The notes: generated from the letters alone by a model not told the origin. Shown: positions 17,773 to 27,768, numbered from the stretch's first letter. The stretch: 54,102 nt of DNA from a virus (IMGVR_UViG_3300012988_000019:1-54102), one strand, 5' to 3'. Translations and numbers: made by a program.

Positions 17773-18254
17773 GGCACTATGCTACCAGTTCCGTGGTGTG
17801 GAGTCAACTTCCGCACTCTTTCCACACCAGGCCGGCCTCGCTTCGCTGGGATCGGTCTTCCGGAACGGAACGTGGCCGTCGATGCTAGCATCGAGCGAGT
17901 CGGACAGAGTGTTCCGTGGCCATTTGGAGCCGGAATCTTCCCGTCCAAACTCGTGTAGTCCTCCTTCCAACGGGGCCAAACCCCCAGTGCTCCTGTCAAC
18001 GGAGCCTACCCCCCGGTCAAAACCCGGACCGGATCGATCCGAGTGGGAACAAACCGCCAGTCTCTCGGAGCCCACGGTAATTCCTACTGGAATATCCTCG
18101 ATACTCTGTCCTCATTCTTCAACCCCGAACGTGGTAGCTGGATCACCAGACCTTCATTCCGGATGCACCATCATACCACCTAGCGATTCACCCGGACACC
18201 AAACCGGCGACCAGACCCTCACCATCAGAGTCCAATCACCGGCCGGCGCCCGGA

Positions 18255-18464
18255 TCAACTATTCAAGTGGCTGATCAGCTTCTCCCTAGCTTTCTTCAGC
18301 TCACCGATGGTGGTGCCCTCAGACCCCACGTGAAGACTCCAGATGCCTCCATGGATTACCGTGTTATAGTCCCCACCAGGCAGCCAGGTATCATCAGAAA
18401 GCTCCCGCCCTTCGCCTTCAGCCACCCGGTTGAGAATCTGCTCCCGGTCCTCATCGCGAAGCAT
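18255..18464 (-). CDS. Hypothetical protein
   Basis: 69 aa; GAGGAG RBS. Confidence 0.55.
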   Translation of the reverse strand: MLRDEDREQILNRVAEGEGRELSDDTWLPGGDYNTVIHGGIWSLHVGSEGTTIGELKKAREKLISHLNS

Positions 18465-18759
18465 AGTACTCCTCGAGTCTCAGCTCCAGCAGGTCGTACG
18501 TCTGCTCGGTCAGCCCGCCAGTACCAGCGATAAGCCGATGTATCACCCCATTGGCATCCTGGTAGAAGTGAGAGACAGGCCCATCACTCCGGAACATCAT
18601 CTCCCACTTCCGGGCCGTCTCGAGCTTCCCTCCCCGCCGACCCTTACCCCCAAGATCGATGTACCGGCTCTCTACCGGGTCGAGCTTACGCCCCCAGTCG
18701 GGATCGGAGAGCAGTGCCTCCTCCATCCAGTCGGCCGCCTCATCTTCGTACCCCTTCAT
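18451..18759 (-). CDS. Hypothetical protein
   Basis: 102 aa; coupled. Confidence 0.55.
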   Translation of the reverse strand: MKGYEDEAADWMEEALLSDPDWGRKLDPVESRYIDLGGKGRRGGKLETARKWEMMFRSDGPVSHFYQDANGVIHRLIAGTGGLTEQTYDLLELRLEEYYASR

Positions 18760-18890
18760 CCCGAGATACCCGGCTGCGCGTCCCGATACATCATCGGATC
18801 AGCACCCTCGGCCTCACGCTCATCGCGACCATCGACGAGCATCTCCTCGCGATCCTGACCATCTTCCTCAGGTCCCAGCTCACTCATCAT
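18756..18890 (-). CDS. Small acidic protein
   Basis: 44 aa ORF filling the gap with overlapping start/stop. Confidence 0.4.
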   Translation of the reverse strand: MMSELGPEEDGQDREEMLVDGRDEREAEGADPMMYRDAQPGISG

Positions 18891-19476
18891 GCCCAACCTT
18901 TCCTCCGTCAAACGGGCAGAACTTCCAGCCCTCTCGCATCATTCGACCACATCCAGTGCAGCGAGTACCCGAACCCAGATGCCCCTCCCGTTCCGGTTCA
19001 CCGCGACGACGGCGTGCCATCTCGTCGAGCTCGAACTGAATCTCACGGGCAATACCACGAAGCCGCTTGTCAATGAGGTCCTTGAGCTCCAGCGCTTCCT
19101 CATCAGCGATGACCCAGTACTTCTTGTATGACTTCCGCTTGGCCCCACCCCCCGAGATCTGTATCTTGCCTGGGACGTTCCGCGTCGGAGCCTTGCCAAG
19201 TCGACCTGTCTCTGCTTGAGCTGCACCACGCGCACCTGCGCCTCCATCATCCTTGCCAGCCAGCCCCTTGTGCCAGAGCTGCTCGTACGCATCCAGGAAG
19301 CCCTGCGGCAGGAAGAAGAAGACCTCCTTGGCGATCTGGTTATATCCCACACCAGCCGAGGCCATCAGGTCCGCAAACATCGCCTTCGCCTGTCGAGCAG
19401 CGAGAGCGTGAACCAGTGCAGCACCCTGATCCTGCCTCTCTCTTGCTCCCCCGCCTCGTTCGATCGCGTTCTTCAC
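18880..19476 (-). CDS. Protein with C-terminal zinc ribbon
   Basis: CTGC...WKFCPFDG. Confidence 0.7.
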   Translation of the reverse strand: MKNAIERGGGARERQDQGAALVHALAARQAKAMFADLMASAGVGYNQIAKEVFFFLPQGFLDAYEQLWHKGLAGKDDGGAGARGAAQAETGRLGKAPTRNVPGKIQISGGGAKRKSYKKYWVIADEEALELKDLIDKRLRGIAREIQFELDEMARRRRGEPEREGHLGSGTRCTGCGRMMREGWKFCPFDGGKVGHDE

Positions 19477-19563
19477 TATCTACCGACCCTTCCGATGTGG
19501 CTTGTGTGGTGTGTGGTGCGGAGCTGAGCGCAGCGAAGCGACGCGCTCCGTGCCATGCATGCG

Positions 19564-19860
19564 CTACCGCGAGGCAAGGGTGCTAGCCTTCCGCCGGATG
19601 ATCGCGTACTCTGCTTTCCGCTGCCTCGACAGCCCGGGCCAGAGTCGCTTCATCAGCTCGTGCAGACGGTCGCCCTGTACCTGCACCTTGATCCCACCTC
19701 GATGACCCTTGTGCACGTTCAGACCTGCGAGGTCAGCGAATCGCTGGATCGCCTCGATCCGGAAGGTGCTCTTCAGCACGTAACAGGAAGCCCCTTGGCG
19801 TACGAAGAAGGTACCCATCCCATCCATCATGCCTGCCATCCAGGCTTCGTCAACATCCAT
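19564..19860 (-). CDS. Degenerate single-motif LAGLIDADG-like protein (leaderless)
   Basis: AWMAGMMDGMGTF; TTGACA-17-TAGGAT (19867-19895). Confidence 0.6.
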   Translation of the reverse strand: MDVDEAWMAGMMDGMGTFFVRQGASCYVLKSTFRIEAIQRFADLAGLNVHKGHRGGIKVQVQGDRLHELMKRLWPGLSRQRKAEYAIIRRKASTLASR

Positions 19861-20086
19861 AGAGATATCCTATCCTCTGCGGTTTGATCTGTCAATCCAA
19901 TCGGATGCACTGAATCCGATAAGATGCACGAAACAGCCCCGAGTCGAATGTCAGATCTTGACAGAGTGTGTTCGTTTCGTTCGTATTCACCCCTCCGAAG
20001 GAGGGTGATACGCGTATGCATATGACGCGCCCGCGGGCACGGGCACGGGCACGCGCTCGTGCTCGTCCGCGCGAGTGAGTGGGCCG

Positions 20087-20620
20087 TTAGCTCTTGTCCT
20101 TGCGCTGGCCGCAGTGCATGCACATTCCCGTTACGGCCTGATAGTAGTGGGGCTTCTGGCTGCCCTCACGGCCCGGGCAGTAGTCGCCGGCACTGGTCCG
20201 GCCCAGGGGCGGGAGCTTGGCCAGCTCGCGGCAGACTTGGCACTCGGAGGCGGGGCCGTCGTGGAGAACACGGGCATTGCCGAGAGATCGATGGCCGCCC
20301 GGCTTGATCGGTGTGGGGCGACCTCGAACCAGCAGCTCGTCCTTCTGGAGCGCATCGGTGATCTCCTCGGCGAGCACAGCGTGCGTGCGGCCCAGGTTCC
20401 TGGTGATGAGGTCGAAGATGAGCTGGCGGGCCTCTCGGGCGATGTCGTCGGACTCCCGCTGCCTCTGCTTGGCGAGCACAAGGCCCTCGGCCGCTAGTGC
20501 TTCGGTGACTCGCGCCGTCAGCACATCGACCTTCCACTCACGCTCGTCGGTGGACTTCATGAGCGGGCGGGCGTCGATGTTCCGGTCGATCGCCTGTCGG
20601 ACGATGTCGTAGGTGGTCAC
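20087..20620 (-). CDS. Hypothetical protein, Cys/His-rich C-terminus
   Basis: 177 aa; coupled. Confidence 0.65.
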   Translation of the reverse strand: MTTYDIVRQAIDRNIDARPLMKSTDEREWKVDVLTARVTEALAAEGLVLAKQRQRESDDIAREARQLIFDLITRNLGRTHAVLAEEITDALQKDELLVRGRPTPIKPGGHRSLGNARVLHDGPASECQVCRELAKLPPLGRTSAGDYCPGREGSQKPHYYQAVTGMCMHCGQRKDKS

Positions 20621-20886
20621 ATGATCTCCTTGAACTGGTAGTAGCCGTCGTAAACTTTGCCCTGGGGGTCGCGGAAGAGGACCAGCGCGTAGAGAGCAAC
20701 CTCGGGCATCGGCATGCTTTGGATCAGGTCATTGTCAGCGTAGAGCGAGACGACCTCGGGCTCACCGGGCACCATCATCTTGAGCTCGTGCTGGATCATG
20801 CTCTTGGGCAGCCAGTGCTCACCCTCCAGAGGGCCACCCTTGAGTGTGACTCGGAAGAGTTCCTCGTTCATGCCCTGAATACCCAC
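20617..20886 (-). CDS. Hypothetical protein
   Basis: LKGGPLEG motif, common in small phage proteins. Confidence 0.6.
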   Translation of the reverse strand: MGIQGMNEELFRVTLKGGPLEGEHWLPKSMIQHELKMMVPGEPEVVSLYADNDLIQSMPMPEVALYALVLFRDPQGKVYDGYYQFKEIM

Positions 20887-22958
20887 TTGTTGCTCCCTCC
20901 CGGCAGAACCTCTCGCTCGACCCGCTCCTCGTCGAAGAGCTTGGTCATGCGCTTGTGGATCGTGGATCTTCCCACACCCCGCGCTTCGGCGAGCTGGGCG
21001 GTCGTCATGCCGGTCGAGCCCGCCTCCTTGAGCAGGTCGATGATCGGGTCGCCCTTCGCCTTGCCTCCCCTCGCCGTCCTGGAGCGCGTCCCTCGCGTCT
21101 CGTGGCCATGACTGACCTGATCGCTCGGCTGCTCATCTTCGGCGCGCCAGGGGACGATATTCGGGGTCCATCCCAGGTTATCCACCTCGTTCATGCGGTA
21201 GGTGGCCGCCGGCACGGTCTTCGAATCGAGGTCGATGCGGATGTCCTTCAGACCCGAGCGGCTGAGGTAGATGGAGTCCTCACCCCATGCGTGGTTTGCC
21301 ACCGAGCCGAGCAGTCGCTGGCCCGGGCGGCTCTTGTCAGCCTTGCCCATGTGGTGCACCACGAGCAGGGCGACATTGTGCTTGCGGCTGAGCACCTTCA
21401 GCGGCTTGAAGACTCTGTTGGTCATCTCCTGCGAACGGTTCTCATCGACGTCCCCGGCGGTCATCATCAGTGTGTCGATGATGATGAGGCGGTAGGGCTC
21501 CCCATCCATGCCGGCAGCGAGCACCTCGTCGAGCCAGATCATCCAGGCGTCGCTGCTGATGGTGAAGCCCTGCTGGATGTAGGCGTTGACATCCGGGTCG
21601 AACACCTGCTCGCGGTCAGGCGGCAGCCAGTAGAGCCCAGCCGAGTCTTCCTCGTTCACCAGCTCGAACTTGTCGGTAGCCTTGCCTACCCAGATCTTCG
21701 CCGAGCGGTTCTTCAGCGTGGGGGCGGGGTCCTCCTCCTGGATGTAGAGCACGGGGCCGGGGTTCTGGATCTTGAACATCCCCAGGAAGGGAGCACCAGT
21801 CGAGACGGAGAGCGCCATGTCCAGGGCGACCCAGCTCTTGTAGCACTTCGGCTCACCAGCGATGAAGCCACATGCACCCTCGGTGAGTACCCCCTGGATC
21901 AGGTACTTGGGCTTCTTGATGTTCTTGAGCAGGAAGCCGAGGCGGTTCGGGGCGGGTCGATCGACCTGCTCCTCCTCCTCATCCTCCTTAGCCAGCTTGG
22001 CGATGGTCTCGTCCGACCGCTTGGCGATGGCCTTGGAGGCCTCGGTGATGAGTCGGCGCATCTCGTCAGCGCGGTCGCGGAACTTGTTCCAGACCGTCTC
22101 GCGTACCACCGCGACGATCTCGGCAGTGGTGCAGCCGACATCAGCGAGGCATCGAATCAGGTACCAGAGGTTCTCGCTCTTGTCCCCGTGAGCCTCACGG
22201 GCGTTGAGCAGCTCACGAGCGGTGTGATTGAGCTTGAGCTTCACCCGGGCGATGACCTCGACCCTGTCCACACCATCGATGTCGTTGGCGAGCGCGTCGG
22301 TGAGGTCTGTCTCCGCCCCAGCCTTGACCTCGGGCAGCTCGGCGAAGTCCCCCGGCTGGTAGCGGGGGCCATCGAGCCAGAGGAGCTTGCCCTTGGGGTA
22401 CTTCCCCTTGCTGTCCCGGTAGTCGGGCTTGTAGTTGGTCGAGCCCGGCACTCGGAGCAGCTTGGTCGCGAACCACCCGCCGGAGTCAGCCCCGGTGAAG
22501 TAGGTCATTTTCTGGTTCTCGTTGCCCGGCCAGGTGGCGCCGAGGAAGTCACCAGTCTGAGCGACCCAGAGCGCCTGATAGCTGCCCGGCGAGGTCTCCC
22601 AGGCGACAGTCGGCGGGTACTCGTCCAGTGTGGAGGGGTCCACCTTGTCGAGGTCAGCGAAGAGCGCGTGCTCGGTCATCGCCACGTCTTCGCGGCGGAT
22701 CGGCATCTCGAAGAGCTCAGCCGACCAGTAGATGTCGTGCTCGAGATCGTCGTTGTTGTGAGCCAGGATGTGCTCGACGATCTTGTCCCTGTCCCTGGGC
22801 CACATGAACGCAGGCCCCTCGTTGAAGCCCTTCCGTCGGATACCCGACAGCCGCTGCTCTCTGCGGTCGATCCAGGGGAAGAAGGTGTACCCGCTCTGGC
22901 GACGTCCCCATGACATCGCCATGATCCGGAGTGCCTTCTCGACCTCCGCCTTGTTCAC
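20868..22958 (-). CDS. DNA primase-helicase (RepB'-like AEP primase, RecA/AAA_25 helicase, C-terminal HTH)
   Basis: LFADLD, ETSPGSYQALW, LLRVPGSTNYK; Walker A GEPKCYKS; IIIDTL; VVHH. Confidence 0.85.
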   Translation of the reverse strand: MNKAEVEKALRIMAMSWGRRQSGYTFFPWIDRREQRLSGIRRKGFNEGPAFMWPRDRDKIVEHILAHNNDDLEHDIYWSAELFEMPIRREDVAMTEHALFADLDKVDPSTLDEYPPTVAWETSPGSYQALWVAQTGDFLGATWPGNENQKMTYFTGADSGGWFATKLLRVPGSTNYKPDYRDSKGKYPKGKLLWLDGPRYQPGDFAELPEVKAGAETDLTDALANDIDGVDRVEVIARVKLKLNHTARELLNAREAHGDKSENLWYLIRCLADVGCTTAEIVAVVRETVWNKFRDRADEMRRLITEASKAIAKRSDETIAKLAKEDEEEEQVDRPAPNRLGFLLKNIKKPKYLIQGVLTEGACGFIAGEPKCYKSWVALDMALSVSTGAPFLGMFKIQNPGPVLYIQEEDPAPTLKNRSAKIWVGKATDKFELVNEEDSAGLYWLPPDREQVFDPDVNAYIQQGFTISSDAWMIWLDEVLAAGMDGEPYRLIIIDTLMMTAGDVDENRSQEMTNRVFKPLKVLSRKHNVALLVVHHMGKADKSRPGQRLLGSVANHAWGEDSIYLSRSGLKDIRIDLDSKTVPAATYRMNEVDNLGWTPNIVPWRAEDEQPSDQVSHGHETRGTRSRTARGGKAKGDPIIDLLKEAGSTGMTTAQLAEARGVGRSTIHKRMTKLFDEERVEREVLPGGSNKWVFRA

Positions 22959-23170
22959 TCGCCCTCGCCCCTCACTGTTGCTCCCCAGATGGTCTTCTCG
23001 GCGAAGCTCAGCATGCCCATGAACTGCAGCAGCATGCGATCGTCGTCGTCTTCGGAAGTGGTGTCATCCCAGTAGACCTCGACATCGGGCTGACCACCCG
23101 GCATGATCTGGTAGGTGATCTCGATCCGGGCGAGCACTACCGGCGCATCGGGCTCAGACTCCGAAGTCAT
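22955..23170 (-). CDS. Hypothetical protein
   Basis: 71 aa; coupled. Confidence 0.6.
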   Translation of the reverse strand: MTSESEPDAPVVLARIEITYQIMPGGQPDVEVYWDDTTSEDDDDRMLLQFMGMLSFAEKTIWGATVRGEGE

Positions 23171-23402
23171 TGTTCCTCATTGTCTCGGCGAGCTCGGCGG
23201 ACAGCTGCAGCAGCGCTCGAGCCTCGGGCGAGTTCCGAGTCACCGAGCCATCCATATACTTCTCCTCGAGGTGGGTCAGCACCGCGCGGCGCATCTTCTC
23301 CCGGCCCTCGTTGCGACCCGCGATCCACACCGGGTCATCGATCCTGACCTTGGGCTTACCGACTGCTCCTGCGAGTCGGGACAGCTTGTCCCCGCTTGCC
23401 AT
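23154..23402 (-). CDS. Hypothetical protein
   Basis: MASGDKL...; GGAG RBS. Confidence 0.6.
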   Translation of the reverse strand: MASGDKLSRLAGAVGKPKVRIDDPVWIAGRNEGREKMRRAVLTHLEEKYMDGSVTRNSPEARALLQLSAELAETMRNNDFGV

Positions 23403-23464
23403 ATCATCTCCAAGGCTGTTTCGTACGGGAGTGTGTTCGTCCTGTTCGTAACGAATCGTGCTCA

Positions 23465-23550
23465 ATACTAGGAGTGAGGAGTGTGAGATGTCAACGATAC
23501 GAAACGGGCTCGATCCCTGCCTTGACTCATCGATCCACCCGCCCTAGTAT
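23465..23550. promoter_or_regulatory. Divergent promoters: minus TTGACA-18-TAGTAT (23465-23494) and plus TTGACT-17-TAGTAT (23522-23550)
   Basis: Consensus boxes at a strand switch. Confidence 0.8.
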
Positions 23551-23556
23551 TGAGGC

Positions 23557-24129
23557 ATGCTCACGATCCATGACCTGCTTCAGGACCCGGTTTACAAGGG
23601 GTTCCTGCGCACCGTGCCAACCCTGCCCGATATCTACGGGCCCGACCGCAAGCCCTGGCGCCTGATGGTGCTGCTGAAGGGGGAGAAGCACTGGCGGTCG
23701 AAGCGGTACGGCACCTACCGCGAGGCGTTCGCGGCTCTGAAGAAGTATCTCCCTCGCGCGGCTGACGCGACGATTAACTGCCCGGCGATCGACTGGCAGC
23801 CGCCGACGAAGGTGGTCAAGGTCAAGGGCAAGTACATCGTCAAGGGCAAGGGCAAGAACGCCAAGAAGGTCCAGGTGACCAAGACCATCACCTGGAAGCC
23901 CAAGATGCCGATGGACGAGTTCGAGGAGCACTACTGGTGCCCCTTCTGCCGGCGGCCCACGGTCTTCCGCACCATGGACTCGCACACCTCGCTGCCCGCT
24001 CGCAAGACCGCGGGTGTGGGCATCGACCCGACGCTCCAGCGCTGCATCATCTGCGGTGCCAGCGAGAACATCGTCAACCTCCGCAACCCCGCCGCTCACC
24101 AGCGGTGGGACGTCTACGCAGTTCGCTAA
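23557..24129 (+). CDS. Zn-binding protein (CPFC...CIIC), leaderless
   Basis: 190 aa; strong codon bias. Confidence 0.75.
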   Translation: MLTIHDLLQDPVYKGFLRTVPTLPDIYGPDRKPWRLMVLLKGEKHWRSKRYGTYREAFAALKKYLPRAADATINCPAIDWQPPTKVVKVKGKYIVKGKGKNAKKVQVTKTITWKPKMPMDEFEEHYWCPFCRRPTVFRTMDSHTSLPARKTAGVGIDPTLQRCIICGASENIVNLRNPAAHQRWDVYAVR

Positions 24130-24134
24130 GGAGC

Positions 24135-24752
24135 ATGGTGGAATACCCCCAGCCGCCCATCCCGCCCGGCTACATCGAGATCGAGTTCATCGACGAGAAC
24201 ATCTCGCCGGTGCGCTACTACTTCCGTGACATCATCTCCTACCGGACGACCGACTACCGAGGTGAGCCGATGTCGGACATGATCGTCAAGCTAGACGACA
24301 CGACGCACCTCACCTACCCGCTCAGGCACATCCTGGTCTGGAAGGTGAAGAAGAACGGCCCCGAGTACATCGAGGAGCTGCGCACCTACGAGATGATGCT
24401 GCACGAGCAGGGCCACCCGGAGAAGGAGGATCCCGATCACCCGGGGCGCACCCTTCAGCGGTTCGGCAACTGCCGGTACTGCGGAGCCAACCCCCACTCG
24501 GTGGTCACTAGCCCGAGAGGAGGTACTCGAGCCGAGTTCAGCGAGCAGGAGCAGGAGCTGATCCGCCGCACCACCAAGCTCGGGCCCGGTGACGCCTACT
24601 TCCCGCCGGGGGTTACCGCCCCGCCGCCGTCGCTGCCGACCCCAAAGTGGGACCCGCCGAACTGGCCTGAGATGCCGCCGATGCAGCCCCGTCATGGTCG
24701 CTCCAAGTCGCCGATGCAGACTGTGATCGATACGATCCTGGGCCGCAGCTGA
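24135..24752 (+). CDS. Hypothetical protein
   Basis: AAGGAG RBS; MVEYPQPP... Confidence 0.7.
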   Translation: MVEYPQPPIPPGYIEIEFIDENISPVRYYFRDIISYRTTDYRGEPMSDMIVKLDDTTHLTYPLRHILVWKVKKNGPEYIEELRTYEMMLHEQGHPEKEDPDHPGRTLQRFGNCRYCGANPHSVVTSPRGGTRAEFSEQEQELIRRTTKLGPGDAYFPPGVTAPPPSLPTPKWDPPNWPEMPPMQPRHGRSKSPMQTVIDTILGRS

Positions 24753-25042
24753 TGCGCGGTCACATGTGGGTCGAGCTCAAGATGACCCCCGTCGAGGTCG
24801 AGGAGATGCCCGACGGAACACTCAACCTCTCCGTGGCCGAAGCTGCCGAGGAGATCGCCCATGAGGAGGCGCAGTATGGATGCTGGATCTGCTTCACTCC
24901 GCTCGACCGCAACAATCTCGGTACCGACTGCCTCGGTGGCTTCGGACCTCGAGACGTTCCGTACGAGCCTGCCCCAGATCAGGCTGAAGAAGGCCCGGCT
25001 GATGGCTCGCATGGAGGCCCAGGGCCCGACCTGGGATCGTGA
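24752..25042 (+). CDS. Hypothetical protein
   Basis: TGATG coupling; CWIC. Confidence 0.6.
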   Translation: MRGHMWVELKMTPVEVEEMPDGTLNLSVAEAAEEIAHEEAQYGCWICFTPLDRNNLGTDCLGGFGPRDVPYEPAPDQAEEGPADGSHGGPGPDLGS

Positions 25043-25160
25043 CTTCGCCGAGGCCCTCTACGTGAAGCTGTGCGACGAGGGGCTCACCCCGGTCTTCGAC
25101 AAGCTGTGCCAGGAGAAGGGCCACCCGCTTCAGGTCTGGGGTGGCGACGCCAACGGTTAG
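25002..25160 (+). CDS. Hypothetical protein
   Basis: MARMEAQGPTW... Confidence 0.5.
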   Translation: MARMEAQGPTWDRDFAEALYVKLCDEGLTPVFDKLCQEKGHPLQVWGGDANG

Positions 25161-25201
25161 CTCGACTTGACAACCGTCAGCCCTAGTCTTAGAATTGAGG
25201 C

Positions 25202-25576
25202 ATGACGAAGTACTTCCCGCGAGTAGGTGACTGGGTCAGGTGGCTCACGTCGACCAAGGGCCAAGAAGGCCAGGTCGTCGAGGCTGCTTGGCCCAGCTTC
25301 ACTGTTCGCTGGGTGGGTGTGGACGAGCCCCAGGTCTTCCCGCTGGGCTTCCTGTACTTCACCGGCGAGCAGTCATCGATGAGCATGGAGCCGATCACGC
25401 CGAAGAAGAAGCTCAAGGCTGTCGCTATCGACTCCACACCGAAGGGTCGAGCGATGACTGTGCGCGAGGCGGCCGGCGCCCTTGACACTACTCCTCGCGC
25501 TATCCGAATGAAGCTGCGCGCCGGCAAGCTGAAGGGCCTTCAGCGCGACGGCCGATGGGTGGAGGTCTACCTGTGA
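25202..25576 (+). CDS. SH3-like plus excisionase/MerR-type HTH protein (leaderless)
   Basis: MTVREAAGALDTTPRAIRMKLRAGKL...GRW; TTGACA-17-TAGAAT (25167-25195). Confidence 0.75.
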   Translation: MTKYFPRVGDWVRWLTSTKGQEGQVVEAAWPSFTVRWVGVDEPQVFPLGFLYFTGEQSSMSMEPITPKKKLKAVAIDSTPKGRAMTVREAAGALDTTPRAIRMKLRAGKLKGLQRDGRWVEVYL

Positions 25577-25908
25577 CATCGCTCCGCGAGTTGCTCGGTA
25601 TCAAGATCAGCCAGACGGGGTATGAGTACTCCTCGGATGGTCATCGAATTGGTACCTTCGGCTCGGCCTTCGTCCCGGGTCGACCCGACATCATCTGGCA
25701 GGGGGACTTCCTCGAGTACGACGCGGAGTACTTCCGCAATCGCACTGAGTACGAGGCCTGGCTGGCTGAGATGATCAGGCGGGAGTTCAAGCCCGCGCTC
25801 TCGGTGATCATGCAGGCGGGTCTCCTGCCCAAGCCCCTCCGTGAGCGGGCTGACATCCCATACAAGATCGAGTACCCGATCCACCATGGGGATGTTGACT
25901 GTGAGTAA
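25573..25908 (+). CDS. Hypothetical protein
   Basis: GTGA overlap with the upstream gene. Confidence 0.6.
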   Translation: MTSLRELLGIKISQTGYEYSSDGHRIGTFGSAFVPGRPDIIWQGDFLEYDAEYFRNRTEYEAWLAEMIRREFKPALSVIMQAGLLPKPLRERADIPYKIEYPIHHGDVDCE

Positions 25909-26281
25909 GCGAGGCGGCCTGGGCGTCCGTCACGCCCGTGCCGATCGTCAGCAGCAGGCCTCGGGCTACCGCCTGGTGGGCGTTCCGTCAGGCTCCCCAG
26001 TAGCTGAGTGCCTCGATCCCTACCGCCGATGGCAGTACGGCTATCGTACGGGCGTGATCGTGCGCAATAGTACTGCGATGGTCACCGTGCAGTGGGATGG
26101 TGAGGAGTCATTCACCACCTACTCGGCGGGCGATGCGCGATACAAGGTGGACACGAACCTGTGGCGCATCGGAGAGTCACGAAGCAAGTCGCCCTTGACT
26201 GCCTTGACATCGCCGGCAGGGGAGGATAGATTTACCTCATCGCCTCACCCGGGGGCACCGACAACAACAGGAGGGTCAGCG

Positions 26282-27061
26282 ATGGCTGACGACACGACGA
26301 CCTACACGGTCGAGGAGATCGACGCGATGATGCTGCCGGCGCTGCGCAAGCTCGCCGCCGAGCACTACGAGGCCGACGACCTGAAGGGTCTGAAGAAGGC
26401 CCAGCTGCAGACGCTGCTCAAGGAGAACCCCGCGATCATCGCCTCCGACGATGTCGACGAGGACGAGGTCGACGACGAGGAGCTGGACGACGAGGTCGAG
26501 GACGAGGACGAGGAGGACGACACCCCCGAGACCGAGTCGGACGACGAGCTCGACGACATCGAGGTCGACGAGGACGAGGAGGTCGACGAGCCGGTCCCCG
26601 CCCCGAAGAAGTCCCGCGCCAAGGCGGCCGACAAGCCGGCTCCGGCGAAGGCGACCAAGGCCAAGGCGGACACCCCGCCCGAGCCGACGGGCGACACGCT
26701 GACCGCCAAGCAGGTCGCCACCCGCATCGGCACCGACGCCAAGACGCTGCGCAAGTTCTTCCGGAGCGACGCCAGCACCGTCGAGGCGGTCGGCCAGGGC
26801 GGGCGCTACGAGTTCGCCAAGGAGGACCTCGAGACGATCCGCTCGGAGTTCAACGCCTGGAACACGAGCCGCCCGACGCGGTCGGCCCCCGGCGCCAAGG
26901 CCGACAAGCCGGCCGAGCCGAAGCGCAAGGCGGCCGAGGAGGTCCCGGACGAGGAGCTCGAGCTGGAGGACGACGAGGAGGCCTCGGGCCCCAGCGACGA
27001 CGAGCTGGACGACCTGGAGCTCGAGGACGACGAGCTGGACGACGACGAGCTGGACGACTGA
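26282..27061 (+). CDS. Very acidic HTH protein with Rho-N/HeH-like N-terminus
   Basis: AGGAGG RBS; promoter TTGACA-17-TAGATT (26204-26232); LTAKQVATRIGTDAKTLRKFFRS...GQGGRY. Confidence 0.75.
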   Translation: MADDTTTYTVEEIDAMMLPALRKLAAEHYEADDLKGLKKAQLQTLLKENPAIIASDDVDEDEVDDEELDDEVEDEDEEDDTPETESDDELDDIEVDEDEEVDEPVPAPKKSRAKAADKPAPAKATKAKADTPPEPTGDTLTAKQVATRIGTDAKTLRKFFRSDASTVEAVGQGGRYEFAKEDLETIRSEFNAWNTSRPTRSAPGAKADKPAEPKRKAAEEVPDEELELEDDEEASGPSDDELDDLELEDDELDDDELDD

Positions 27062-27162
27062 CCCCTCCACACCAGCCCGCGGGCTCGGGGCTTTCAACGC
27101 CGCCTCGAGACTAAACGACCCGGCTTAGCAGGGCGCCCGCACTTCCAGCTCAAGGAGAAAGC

Positions 27163-27342
27163 ATGCCGATCCGCCGGCACAACATCCGCAAGTGGTCCGA
27201 GTCGAAGAAGATCGCGGGCACCAAGAAGGAGCTCCACTACTGGAGCTGCTCGCACTGCCAGGAGTCGAACGCCACCGACTCCAAGAAGCAGCGCGACAAG
27301 CAGGCCGCCGAGCACGAGCAGAAGATCACGGTGAACCGCTGA
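27163..27342 (+). CDS. Small CxxC protein
   Basis: AAGGAG RBS; 59 aa MPIRRHNIRKW...WSCSHC, translated manually. Confidence 0.65.
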   Translation: MPIRRHNIRKWSESKKIAGTKKELHYWSCSHCQESNATDSKKQRDKQAAEHEQKITVNR

Positions 27343-27761
27343 TGGGCCTCTCTACCTTCCTCGTCACCTGCGCCAACCCTCGGTGTGGGCAGCAGAACCC
27401 GCTCCGTCACCCCTCCTTCCAGAACGATGCCAAGCGGCTCATCGGGGTGGTCTTCAAGTGCATCCACTGCGATGAGGTGAACGAGGTCAGCGCAGACCAT
27501 GACGCCGAGGAGATCCCGGCTCAGCCCCTCGCCGCGGTGCTGCCCTTCCCCAAGCTCAAGGGGGCTGAGGAGTCCGCCAAGCCGACGCCGGCCGTGATGC
27601 CGAAGCGACGCCCCGAGGCCAAGCCGAAGGCGCCCCAGAAGCAGCAGAAGCAGTCCAAGCGGCAGCCCTACCTCGGCCTCACCCAGCGCATCGACCTCGG
27701 CCTCTACGTCGAGGCCCGCCAGCGGGCCGAACAGGGCATGGACCCGAACGAAGAAGACTGA
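27342..27761 (+). CDS. Zn-ribbon protein
   Basis: CANPRC...CIHC. Confidence 0.65.
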   Translation: MGLSTFLVTCANPRCGQQNPLRHPSFQNDAKRLIGVVFKCIHCDEVNEVSADHDAEEIPAQPLAAVLPFPKLKGAEESAKPTPAVMPKRRPEAKPKAPQKQQKQSKRQPYLGLTQRIDLGLYVEARQRAEQGMDPNEED

Positions 27762-27768
27762 CACCAGT

